Positions 23,696-35,696 of a stretch of DNA of 64,000 nt are shown piece after piece (positions within the stretch are counted from its first letter, which is position 1; every line of letters begins with the position of its first letter). The notes under the pieces are model-generated. The model did not search any database, had not been told where the DNA came from, and saw nothing but the letters and a program-made list of their open reading frames with translations. This DNA comes from Balamuthia mandrillaris (Eukaryota), in assembly GCA_031835245.2 (NCBI GenBank), contig JAVKOQ020000092.1, positions 62,001 to 126,000 of the forward strand. Direction: 5' to 3'. The position numbers were made by a program, and so were the translations under genes.

Positions 23696-25002
23696 ATGGA
23701 GTGGCTGAGAGGTCGTGTGTTTGGCGGTCAACCCGTGGAGGAGCTCGTTCAACAAGCCCCCGAGCCGGTAGTCTCTTCCACCTCCTTCAGCTTCAACGAC
23801 AACAGCTACGCTTCCACCTATGAATGGCTCTCTCGCATGGCCGGTCCGGTTAACTTCTCTTTTTTTCTATTCTCTTTTTTCTTCCTTCCTGTTCTTACTT
23901 CCACTGTTGTTCCAACTTTATTCAAAAAAGACTTGAGAGTCAAGACATGGCCTATGATGAGCAGCCCCTATCTTCCGTTGGCCGTTTGCCTCATTTACGT
24001 TCTGCTCTATCTTTTGGGCAAGGCTTTCATGCGGAACAAGTCCGTCGTTCGCTTCCGAGAGCTCACGGCATTCGCGCTGTTCCACAACCTCGCCATGGTC
24101 CTGCTTCATGGCTATGTCGCCTGGACGTTGTCGCTGGCGAGGTTCAGGGAGCATGCTAGCTCCTGCTCGGAGGTGTTTTATGATGAAACCGGGACGGCTA
24201 TTGCGCAGCTCCTGTGGCTCTTTCTCTTGGCGAAGGCCTTGGCCGCTGTTGGTGACTCGGTATAATAGTTTCCTGACCCTTTATTTTTGTTTCTCTTTGC
24301 TTTATCTTTCGTTGCACCTTTGCTGTTATTATTGCCTTCTCTTCTCTTGTTGTCTTCTCTGCGTTTCTCGTATTCTCACTTTCTCACTTATTCTGCTGAT
24401 TCTTCATCCTCTTCTTCTCGTTCTTCTTGTTCTTCTTGTTCTTCTTCTTGTTCTTCTTCTTCTTCTTTTCAAACCAGTACATTGTGATCATGTGGAAAGC
24501 AGACCATCACAAGGACATACCGCATCTCTTCTTCCACATCTCCGACTTTACTCTCTGGTGGATCATCGTGATGTACGCGCCCAACGGGCAAGCCATCCCA
24601 TGGACCTTTCTTCGCTCCTGCATCGACTCTCTTCTCTACTTCACCTACCTTCTTCACATTTTGGTTCCTTCTTCCTCTTCTTCATCAAAACGAAGTTTCT
24701 TTCGTTTTCTTCCGGATCGACTGCATCAGCTTTGCGATTGGAGTCATGTGTTGGTGTTGATGCTGCAACTCTTACATGGGCTCTATCTCCTTCGCATGTG
24801 CTCTCGCCTCGACTTTAATCATATGGTCTTTCGGAACAAGTGGTTAGGAGTCATTCTGTTGCTTCAGGTGGTAATGGTGTTGGTGGTTGGCGTGGCGTTT
24901 GATCATCGGGGATTGAGAACGAGCGTGTTGCGTTGGTTGCGGCTCAGACAACAAAAGCAACAACAACACCAGAAAAACTTCATCAACAAGAAAAGGCAAT
25001 AA
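23696..25002 (+). CDS. ELO/GNS1/SUR4-family fatty-acid elongase-like membrane protein with degenerate motifs
   Basis: RVKTWPMMSSPYLPLAVCLIYVL, FHNL, LWLFLLAK..DS, HLFFH..WWII.MYAPNG, several TM segments and a basic C-terminal tail. Confidence 0.7.
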
Positions 25003-25109
25003 ACGGAGTGAAGCGAAACGAACAAGAAGCGAAACAGTAATATATTCAACTAACATCGAGTAGAGTTGGGGGTGAAAGGTACAATGACACACAAACAAAG
25101 TGGTGCGCT

Positions 25110-25322
25110 CTATTCCTCTTTGCGGATCAGGGTGAACTTCTTGCCGCTCTCCGTCTCCACGCAGATGACGCTTTCGATCGGTTTGGTGAAGACGAAGTTC
25201 CTGTGTTGAATTTCGGTCAACAAGCGCTCGGCCTGCGCTGTGGTGGCACACCAGGGTTCTCCCACGTAACAAACGCCCTCCAACGTGAGCGCAATGTCCA
25301 CCGCGTTCTCGTCTCCCGACAT
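25110..25322 (-). CDS. Small hypothetical protein (70 aa, intronless)
   Basis: GC-rich, coding-like ORF MSGDENAVDIALTLEG...LIRKEE*, divergent from the nucleotidyltransferase gene. Confidence 0.5.
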   Translation of the reverse strand: MSGDENAVDIALTLEGVCYVGEPWCATTAQAERLLTEIQHRNFVFTKPIESVICVETESGKKFTLIRKEE

Positions 25323-25554
25323 CTTGCTCAAACGACGCCTTGCTCCGTTTTATTTTTACTTGTTTGATTTTCCATTGGCAAACAAATGATCGATCTATTT
25401 TAGATCTTTCATGGTCACGAAATGCGCAATCGTTCTGGTCAAAGCGTGCTCCATTTGCCTCAGATCGATCAAATTTAGGACGAATTGTGCAGAATAACTG
25501 GTCAAATGGTGCTACATTGCTGCAGTTATCTCTAACGACGAAGAAAAGAAGGAA

Positions 25555-26516
25555 ATGAAAGAGGAGGAGAAGCCGCTCCGTCAAGCGCGCCTCTACTTGG
25601 ACCGCCGCAACGCACGCGGCCGCGTGCTCATGGCCATGGTCATGGGCAGCCAAGCCTACAACCTCGCCCACGAGGGCAGCGACTACGACTACATGGGCGT
25701 CTTCCTGGCCCCCAGCGAGGAGCTGCTCTCCCTGAACGGCCCGCCGGCGGACTGCCTCAACCACCTCCCCGGCGAGCCCGAGCCCGACATCACCCTCTAC
25801 GAGGCCAAGAGGTTCTGCCAGCTGTTGCTTGCGGGCAATCCGTTCATGATGGAGATCGTGTTCGCCAACGTGGCGGAAATGCTGCGCTTGGGCACCATCG
25901 AGTTCGACGAGGGGAGCGAGTGGCGGCAGATCTTTTTGGATGAGACCTTTCAACAGAGCCTCTTAACGCAAAAGTACGCTTTTTTTTCTTGAACTGACAA
26001 AGAAAGGCTGTTTTGCTCATTCTTTTTTTTTTTTCAAAAAAAAGGGCGATCATCGGTTACTTGGACTACATCAAAAGTCAGATCAAACAGGCCAAGCGCA
26101 AGAAGCGCCTCAAAGGCAAGCGCATCTATCACACGCTGCGCTTGCTTTGGGAGGCGGAGCGTCTGCTCAAGGGCAAACGGCCCAAGGTGTGGCTGCGGGA
26201 GGGCAGTCGGAAGAGGGAGGAGCTCGTTCGCATTCGGCAGGAGGAGGTGGAGCCTCGTTCGGTCGTGGAGAGAGTGGAAGAGAGAGTGCAACGGATCCAG
26301 GCGTTCATCGCACAAGAAGAAGGAAAACGAAAAGGACAAGAAGAAGAGCAAAAGCAACGCGATGATGAGGAAGTGGAGGAGAGAATGAAAGAAGCAGGGG
26401 ATGAAGAAGAAAGAAAGTGGAGGTGGAGAGAGTTGCCGGTGTGTACAGAAGAGACGGTGTTGAATGAATGGCTTGTGGAGTTGAGGACAACGCAGTTTCT
26501 TGGAGATAAGAGATAA
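25555..26516 (+). CDS. Pol-beta-superfamily nucleotidyltransferase, RlaP/YcgL (Nuc-transf)-like (2 exons)
   Basis: VMGSQAYNLAHEGSDYDYMGVF (GS..D.D), DITLYEAKRFCQLLLAGNPFMMEIVF, GYLDYIKSQ and YHTLRLL. Confidence 0.8.
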
Positions 26517-26650
26517 TGAAAATGAAATGGCAACCAGCATTCATTGATAGAAACAGAAAAACAAAGCCACAACACTTAAAGCACAAACAGCAGCAAGCCA
26601 GGGCATTCTTCCTTACACCAAGACTTGCTCTCCCTTATTAGAATCATCAC

Positions 26651-28100
26651 TCAGGAATAGGCAACAACTCCCGAGAGGCGGATGGTGGTTTTGCCCCGCG
26701 TGGAGTTAGCGGCTCTGAATATTACAAAGAAGGCAAAATGTAAGTTTATCTTTTGCTGTAAAATGTTTTGTTGCGTGTGGTTTTTTTTGTTTGTTTGGAA
26801 TGTTGTGTCGTGCTTTATTTGTTTTGTTTTTCTTTTGTGTTGCGTACCTGCCAAGCCTGCAAAACTAGGCGCATTGTGTGTCAATTGTTCGAAAAAGCCA
26901 GAGCAGCTTCGAACCAATCTCACCTGACTGGTCGGTAGGGTGTTTGCCTTCTTCTTCGTCTCTCTGTTCTCCTCGTTGCTCTCGTCCTCGTCCTTCTCTT
27001 TCTTCTTTTGTGGTGTGTCTTCATCTCCCTCGTTGTTGTTGCAATGGTTTCTCCTTTTAAGCAAAAGACTCGTAAAGTCTTTTACAGAATTTACTCGTGG
27101 TAAAGAGTTGACTAACTCGGAGCGACCGTTGTAAGGTTTGATAAACCTGGAGATGGCTGATTGGGAGAACACGTTATGTTCTTGCCATTGATTGATTAGC
27201 TTTAGGATTTGTTGCTCAATGTCCTATAGCGATGGAGAATGAGCGTTATGGGAAGTTAGAAGGAAGAAGGAAGAAGAAAAAAGATCGTAACGAAGAAGAA
27301 GAAAGAGGAGAGCGATGATGGCATTACCGGTCTTCGCATAACTTTTGGGAATGTTATTTCAAACGTTTCAGGCAGTCGCTCCTCAAATGCCAACACGTAC
27401 GAAATGCGCGCATACTGCAGCCTTTTATTCGTCTGTGTGAACCGATGGCTCGAAAGACCAAATGGAAAAAAAAAAGGAGCAAAGCAAGAGACCTTGGCTT
27501 TTCGGCGTGCGTTTCGTCTTTTCTACAAATAATGTCCACAACATAGTAACCTGCAGAGGCAGCTCCTTCCTCACAGTCGTCTATAAACTCGGCGATAACT
27601 CCTGCAATGAGCTTGGCGTGCTTTTTTGGTAGTGTTGTTAGTGGAAGGGTGTAACGCGAAAAGGACAACACCATTACCTGAGCGTTACTGAGAGCGAACA
27701 AAGCTATATCGCGCAGCTTGGAGGACGAGAGGAGTTTTTGTTTGAGCATCATCTTCTCCAAAGAAAGCAGCTTCTCACGAAGCATTTGTCTTCTGGCGCG
27801 GATCATCATTTTTTTTTTTGGAGGCCAAACTTCCAAGTGGAGCTTTCTTGCCTATGTATTTTATTCTGCGCACCTTTTCTCTTTTATAGGGTGCGGACCA
27901 GAGAGAATATAATAATGAAAAAAAAAAGAGAGGAAAATGTTTTATTGCGAGAGAACTACCCTATTTGCAAACTCATCGGAAGAGGAGAATCAAGCGGATA
28001 TGGATGGGTGGCGTCCTCCAGACTGGGCACACAAAGTGTTAATGCCCACCTTCGTGTGGCGTGACTCAACACGAGAAGCTCTCGAGGTGCGCCAAGAAGC
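26651..28100 (-). CDS. Hypothetical multi-exon protein
   Basis: Coding-like segments bounded by GT..AG pyrimidine-rich introns (e.g. DIALFALSNAQVMVLSFSRY..., YARISYVLAFEERLPETFEITFPKVMRRP|gtaatg, DIEQQILKLINQWQEHNVF). No family was recognised and the ends are uncertain. Confidence 0.4.
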
Positions 28101-28254
28101 TCAGCCACGAGTCCCCACCGTAGCTTGGCTTAAGGTCAATAGGAAGGCGGAAGATAGCAAAGGTCAGCGACCGTAGCATATGGCGACAGAAGGGGAAGAG
28201 ACAAAGGAGCAAGAAACAAACCAGAAGGAGGAACAAAAGAAATTGCAACAAAAA

Positions 28255-28327
28255 AGGCACCAGTGGGATTCGAACCCACGACCTTCTCCTTACTAGGGAG
28301 ACGCGCTGCCAACTACGCCATGGCGCC
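28255..28327 (-). tRNA. tRNA-Thr(AGT)
   Basis: The reverse complement GGCGCCATGGCGTAGTTGGCAGCGCGTCTCCCTAGTAAGGAGAAGGTCGTGGGTTCGAATCCCACTGGTGCCT folds into a cloverleaf. The anticodon arm is TCTCC-CTAGTAA-GGAGA and a poly-T terminator follows. Confidence 0.95.
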
Positions 28328-28445
28328 AAGTTCAGTGAAAACTTTTGGAATCTATGAAGTAGCCACGAACGATTTTTCCCTTGTTATTTATCGCCATGAC
28401 GACACGATTACTTCTACAGGCTCAAAAAACTGAAGAAGAGAAGAG

Positions 28446-29366
28446 ATGGAGAGCAAAGGAGAAGCGCTGGCTACCTTGCGAGAGCAGGTGCTGGCGTTCT
28501 CTGAGGCGATTGCAAGGGGACAAAAGCCTTCGCTGGAAGAGCTGCATCACCTCCTCTCCCATCCTACGCTTGCCTTCAGGCAGAACGCCAACGCACCCGC
28601 TGCTGCACAACGAAAGGGCGAAGCCTCCACCTCCACCACTTCAGAGGAATCCATCGCTGATGAAGACACTGACAAAGGCAAATCAGCCACGACAACAACT
28701 ACCACCAACAACGTGGAAAGTGCTTCCACTTCTGCTTCTTCCTCCACTTCAACAACTGCCACCATGCCAGACGCTCCGCTGGAGAGCTCTTGGTTCGCTC
28801 TTGGCTCTGCGGACGGCAGCACTCACAGCGAGGAGGACGAAGAGGAGCAGCGACGGCAGCGGTACCACCATCAACGGCAGCAAGAGATCAGGTCCTGGTC
28901 GCTCCTGCTTCAGCTGATGCAGGACTTGGCTTGCGCTTTCCCGCAGGAGCCCCACCTCTGGGGCGAGCCTCTGAGGAAGCTCATCACCGAGATCAACGGC
29001 AGCATGGCGGTGGCGCTGGAGCCTCATCAGTACGCCCTGTTGAGGAGAGCCGTCGCCACTCTGGACCGCCTTATGGCAACGGACGAGATTGGCTCGTTGC
29101 TGCCGCTCGCCTCCTTTGATGCCTCTTCTTCTCCTTTCTCTTCTTTTGGGGATGGTGGTGGTTCCTTGATGACGGGTTCGTTGGTGTGGGAGGGAGGAGG
29201 AAGAGGAGGAGGCTGTGAGGAGGAAGAGGAGGAAATGACAAAGCCCAAAGCGCATTTACCGCATTACTTGCTTTACACGGAGGTAGATGACTCTCTTTAT
29301 GCTCCTCTTTGCTTTCTTTTCTTTTCTTTTCTTTTCTTTTCTTTTCTTTTCTTTTCTTTTCTTTTC

Positions 29367-29398
<32 letters not shown>

Positions 29399-29638
29399 GT
29401 TCTGCAGTGTGCTCTTCAACCTTCTTTTGTCCTGCTTCTCTAGTCGCTCTCCGTTCATCCTTCTTTCTTCTCATTGATAACCGTGAAATGTGAAATACAG
29501 TTGAAGCCATACTTGGAGAAATCTCAACCGCCTCATTGGATGCTGGAGCCTTTCATCAACTCGTTGCATATTCATAAGACCAATCTGCTTTCTATGTTCA
29601 CTGTTACCGGTTAGCATTTCGTTTTATTTTGTTTTTGT

Positions 29639-29684
<46 letters not shown>

Positions 29685-32600
29685 TTTGAACAATTTTAAT
29701 TTTACAGTTGGCGCTTGTGTTTTAGGTTCAGCGGAGCGATGTCGCTTGTTTGGTCCTTCAAGAGCAGAGGAGCTCAGTGCTATGAATAAAGTGCCAAAGA
29801 AACATTCGATCATCGATGAGGTTCTCTCTCCCTCTCTCTCTCCCCTCGTACTCTTTGTCATCTCATTTCATCTTTCTCATTTCTCGTTGGTTCTCCAAGA
29901 AAATACTGCCGTCTCCTCGTGACCAGTTCAAGTACGCGTTAGTGCAGCTACTATGTCAACGAGCACCTCTTCACGTCTTCAAGATGCAAGTGCTAACGGG
30001 AAATCCAGAGCTGTTGGCCTCAAGTACACAAAATGCAACTGGTGCTAGTAGTCTCGCCACTGTTGGCACGCCCTCTAGTTTGTTAATGGAAGCAACTGTC
30101 ATGCGGATTGTTCAATTGATAGAGTCTTTTGGTATGGTTGCTTTATTTTTCAATGACTGTTCTTGTGATGTTGTTTTTACCTTCTGCTGATGAGTAACAT
30201 CATTCACAGATCAGAAGAATGCAGAAGGAAAATCATTGGAAGAGTTTTGTGATGCGTGGTGGGGGCAGTGGCAATGGTTCGCTGACCAGTTCTTTGCTTT
30301 CGTGGACAACAAGTGACGTATTTTGCGTTCTGTTCTCTTGTTGTTTTTGAAATTGTCTAACCTTGGCAACTAGGTTAATCGACTTTCCACAGTTTCTGCT
30401 CACTTTATCTAGAGCACGTGTTCAAGGTGGTAAAATCAAGAACAACATTGTTCTTTGGTTGATTATCCAATGCCTTCGTATCCTTTTCTTCCTGCTCGCC
30501 TTTTCTTTACGGGCGTAATTCTTTATTCTATTTGTTTGCATTTTTCATTGTTCTTCCATAACTGTGATAAACAGCGCTAGAACACATTAAGAAATTATTT
30601 ATTAATGACTTGACGGTTGGTGGTGGACGGTTGTTTATTCGCCTGTTGGACTTTTACAACATGGAACAGCCAAAAACTTCTCCATTTGAGCTTAGGGATG
30701 CCTCTTTCGACTGTCTTGTACGTTTTCTTTCTTCTCTTTCATTTTAATTGTTTGTTGACCACTTTGAATAAAGTTATTTAGAGTACATCACGTGCAAGAT
30801 TCAAATATAAAAATAGACGTAACGAGGTATATTCCGGCAAATATACTTCACCTTGTTGACAACGCGCTAAAAGAAACTACAGCTTATCGTGAATGGTGGA
30901 ATGTAACTGGTACTTAACAATCTCACGTGTTTTGTAGCATATTTTCTTATGTGATCATTTAACTCGCAGAGAATCATGGAAAGAATCTTGACTTTTACAA
31001 TTTGCCGATGGCCACATTGTGGAAGTTTGTGTTGTTAACAAACTTCACATCTCAGCCTATCGCTGTTGCTATTTTCGAAACTCTTACAAGTATTCTCCTT
31101 CTTCTTTCCTTTATTTCTTGTTTCTTTCTTTGTGATTCCGTATCTCTTTCTCCATATCTTAACAAGAACATAAGTAATAATAATTCTACGTTCTAAACCA
31201 AACAAAAAAGGGAGCAATGTACAATCGTTTCTACCAGGTGGAATTCCGTTTTCCGGAGATCCACGTCCTCTTCCAACCATGTTGTTGTTCCTGATGACCA
31301 CCAGAACTCGAATGAGGGTATTGGACTTGATAGAGGCACCTCTCTTCCTTAACAAAGGCAAATCACTTTCTGGCGTGGGTGGCGGAGGTGAAAACGCAGC
31401 GTTTGTTCATGGTACTGTTCTGTCTCCTGCCATCATCGAGACGTATGCTCGCCTCATTTATGTTACTTCTTATACGTACGTTCTTTCGCTCTCTCTTTCT
31501 CTCCACTCTATCCTTCTCTGTCACTTTCGTTAATGATGATACTCAAATAGGAGAAATCGTTTTCGTTTTTGTAATGTTTTGAGGACGTTGGAAGATCCAC
31601 CTGTAGTGCATAGTGTCCTAGAACTTCTCAACTTTCGTCTTATCCGCTTCTTCAAGTTTGCTCTGCTCTCCCTATTTGATTTCTTTTTGTTTCTCTTCTT
31701 TTCTTTTGCGTAAGCCTTTATTTTGTGTTATGTGCACTAATGAAAACATAGGTATCATGATAGCATAAAGAATTTATTCTTGGACTTGTATCAGAAGGTG
31801 ATAAGCACAAGCCATCATCAGCTCTTTCACTCGTTGGAGAATCTGTTGATTAAGTTGAGTCAATCGTTGGGAGAGGTCATCTCCTTTTCTGAAGCTACTG
31901 ATGAAATAGACTTCGGTGAAACGCTCAACCGAACTCTTATTTTAGGCCTGGCGAGAACTTTGAAGACAAAGTACGTTATTCAAACATACATCTTTCTCAT
32001 AACCTCTAACTGTTAATTTCCTTGATTTAAAACATAAAGAGGAATAAGCAGTTATGATCAAACGAAGAAGTTGCCCAGATTATTATCGCGGCTATTTGAG
32101 ATGAGGTTTGCTTATTTCTTCCTTCGTCAAACCACTCTGTTGCTCTTTTATGACAACATGTTTTTTCTCCGTTTCTTTATAGTCCTCATGCGTGGTCTCA
32201 AAGTACGCTGAAGTATTTTCCTGACCTTATGAAAGACTTTTACCTTCAGAACAGCATTCCAAAGAAAAATACTGTTACCCGAGAAATGGTTTGCCTCCTC
32301 TATTTTGTCCAGCTCTTACTTCATTGCTTACCAATTTTTTTGTTAAAAAAACACAACACAAAAATAATAAATACATTTAAGGTGGAAGAAGAACTGAAGA
32401 GAAACGAGAACGCTATTCAAATCGCAATATTTGGCAAAACTTATCATCGCGGCACGAATCCTCTCCAAGAAAGAGAACTACAGAAGCGGACGCTGGTGCA
32501 GTACTACGCAGCCAATCCCTATGCTCGTCGTTTGTTTCTCTGTGAAATCTGGTTGTTGCTGTTGAACTTAGGACAACAGCAGGTAGTTGGCAGCACCACC

Positions 32601-35320
32601 CTCATTCCACAAAATGTGCTTTGCATTCTCAAAAGGTTTACTCCTAGAGAAGTCACCGCATTTCATTACGTGCTGGTAGACTTTCTTTTGGATCTGCTAC
32701 AACCAGAGCATGCGCTGTCCTCTAGCTTTGGATTGAGAGAGCCCGCTTCACAACTCGCTATACAACACGTAAACACACCTTGTTCTTCTCCTTCTTCCCT
32801 TTCATCTTCTTTCTCCTGTACATTTCTTTGTATCTATGAGTAATTCTATCTTCTCTTATTCTTTACATAGGCGGGCAATCTCCTTGGCTTACTTGTTTGG
32901 AACTACCAAGTATTAAACCTTGAAAACCTGGTGCTGGCTTTGGCTGACAGCGATGGCGATCCAAACTCATTCGCACTGTTAGAATACCTCTTGCTGAAAG
33001 ACATGAACTTTGTTGGTCGTGTCAACTTTTTCAGATCGCTACAGGTTAGACCTGATTTTTGGAGGGACGAGAACCCATTTGCGCATCACAAAGAGTTTCA
33101 TGATAAGTGCCCTGAAGGCATCGAAGTCTCTGGTGTTGAGTGCGTTTACCTCTCTACTCGTTCTCTCCTTCCGTTCTCACTATACAGTTTTTCCCTCTTT
33201 CCACTCTTCTCTTTTGGAAACAACAGAGAACGCATATTGCCTGTGTACTTTGGTAACATTTGTTTACGCATGTTGCCCATTTTGGACCTGTTGTTTGGTC
33301 GATTGGTGGAAAAAGACCGTGTTGAGCTCTTGGAGGGCTTGATAAACGTTTGTGCTCCTCTTTACAAATATCATCATGCCCCCATCACGTTCGTGACCCA
33401 CTTAATGCTCTATTACTTCGATTCGGAGGTTATGAAACAACCTGCCTTCAAACTTCAGTTGCTTTCTCTTCTGCGTACGTTTTTCATCTGTTTCTTTGTT
33501 CTTTGTGGTTCCTAAAAGAACTCACTTTTTTCTGTCGTCATTAGAAGGAGTATCACCTCGTTTCAGTCCTTACTTTCAACAATATTGCCAAACAAGAGAT
33601 ATGTCTCACATCTCCACTTCTTCCTACTTTCGTACACTGTTACAGCACGTGGCGGGACACGTGCAAACCGAACATCCAGTTCCAATCTGTTATCAGACCA
33701 CTTCTTCACTTCAACTCTTTGAAGAGTTTCCAAACAAGTCAGAAGAGGCCGTTACCACAGCTTTGTTAGAACTCCTGCTACTTCCTCTTTCACCAACGGA
33801 AGTCGCAACTCACCTTCTTGATGTCATTCTTCCCTGTTCGTCTTCTTCAGCTTCTTCCTCTTCATCACCTACTTCGTCATCAGCTTCTTCTTATTCATTT
33901 TCTCGTGATTCGCACACGCACGAAAGTAGAGAAGATGTGATAACCCCGTTCTCATTTGCAACTACTCCTTCCGAAGCATCTCATCCTTCTGCTGCCACTC
34001 CTCAAGATCACAGTCAACAGCAACCATTTCTCTCTTTGTTCGAAGATGACCATGAACATGATCAAGTTGATGAAAACAACCAAAGTCAAAACGAAAATGA
34101 GGAAATCGGAGATCATTCTCAGTCTCAACCACAATCGCAATCATCTCAACAGTCACAACCTTCAACCCAAAACAACACGTCACTCCCATCTTCTTCATCT
34201 TCGGTTCCTCGTTCTGCTTCTTCTGCTTCTGAGTTTGATTCTTGGACGCATGCAGAAAATGTAGCTAATAACAGAGACAAAGAAGAACGCTCCATTCCAA
34301 CTTATTCACAAATAAGTGCAGCCAGTTTGTTGTTAGCCTCATTACCAAAACCTTTTCACAAACCAATCTACGAACGCGCCATGCTCTTCTTTAACCAAAG
34401 CCCTCTCCTCTCCGCCTCTACTTCTCTCTTTCTCAGTTCTACCTCCTTCCGAACAAACAAGAAACAGCAAGAAGAAACGGAAGAAGAAATACAGATTGAA
34501 GACAAAATGGACGAGGAACAAGTTCACAACGACGAAGATAAAGAAGCAGAAGGATTGAAAGCAATGATGGGACCTTTTAGTGGTTTCGCCTTCTCCGACT
34601 ACACGTTAAATTCAACCTCTCTCATGAGCAACAGCACCAATCAAACGCTTCTTCTCCTTCACAACTTTTTCCAATTCGGTTCCATCGAACATTTCCTCAT
34701 CTATCCCTCCTTTGTGCGTGCAATGCGCGTCTCTTCTTTGCATCATGTCTATCTTTGCTGCCGGCTGGTCGCTCCCTTCTTGTATAGGGTAGCTACCAAT
34801 GCAGAGCTGTTGGACGAGATCGTGGTGGAGCTCTTTCGAGCGCTGAGCAAGGTACAGCAGTTCTTGGAGGAGGTGGCCGATGGATGGGGCAACGCCGCCT
34901 TGGAGGACTTTGCGCCTACCCATCATTTGGATGTTCTTGTTGACTTCTTGTAAGTACCTTTTTGTTCTTTCTTATCTCTTCTTTCTTTGTCTATCACCAT
35001 TTTTCTGGCTAATTCACCTTCGCTTTTTTCTTTGCTTTAAAAAAAATAGTTATCATTGTACATGCGCATTACCGCTGAGCAAAAAAGCAAGAGAGACGAT
35101 GCAAGACATCATAAGAGGAATGCCGTCAGCCCTTCGCCAACACTTTGTTACGATGGAAAAGAGCCTTTCTGCAGCCTCTCCTGCTCCGTTCTTCTCCTCG
35201 GCTCAACAGCACCCGATGCCATCCTCTCCTTCCGCCGAGCCAATGCAAGCGGGTATGCAAAATAAAATAAATTCTTTTGCCACAAATTTTTTCTCCTTTG
35301 CCGACAAAATGAAGAAATAA
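28446..35320 (+). CDS. MED23: Mediator complex subunit 23 (multi-exon)
   Basis: SPAIIETYARL, HHQLFHSLENLLIKL, ETLNRTLILGLAR, PHAWSQSTLKYFP, LPVYFGNICLRMLPILDLLFGRLVE and YKYHHAPITF are conserved MED23 motifs. Confidence 0.88.
29313..29398 (+). repeat. (TTTTC)n intronic microsatellite
   Basis: Visible directly. Confidence 0.85.
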
Positions 35321-35327
35321 AAAATTT

Positions 35328-35399
35328 TGGAGGAGAGGGGTCTCGATCCCCTGGCCTTCTGCATGCGAAGCAGACGCTCTACCACTGAGCTACACCCCC
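35328..35399 (-). tRNA. tRNA-Ala(CGC)
   Basis: The reverse complement is GGGGGTGTAGCTCAGTGGTAGAGCGTCTGCTTCGCATGCAGAAGGCCAGGGGATCGAGACCCCTCTCCTCCA. It has the G3:U70 Ala identity pair and the anticodon arm TCTGC-TTCGCAT-GCAGA. Confidence 0.95.
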
Positions 35400-35696
35400 A
35401 ATCGCACGCTAACTCGGAAAATGAGGGAACAAATGATGATGCTTTCCTGTTAACAGGAAGGAAGAAGGAAAAGGAACGAAGAAGAAAAAGAGCAACGATC
35501 AAAATGAAGAGCGAAGCAGACAAAGAACGAGAACAGAACTTGTCGAAAAGGCAAACTTTATGCATAAAACATCTCTTCTTCATCCTTCTTCCACCGATGC
35601 TCATCCTTGACATCTGAACACTGAGTTATGCTTCTCCGTCCTCCTCCTCCTCCTCAGCAGCTGAGCAAGGCAGTCCCTTTACGCTGCATAAAGCGT

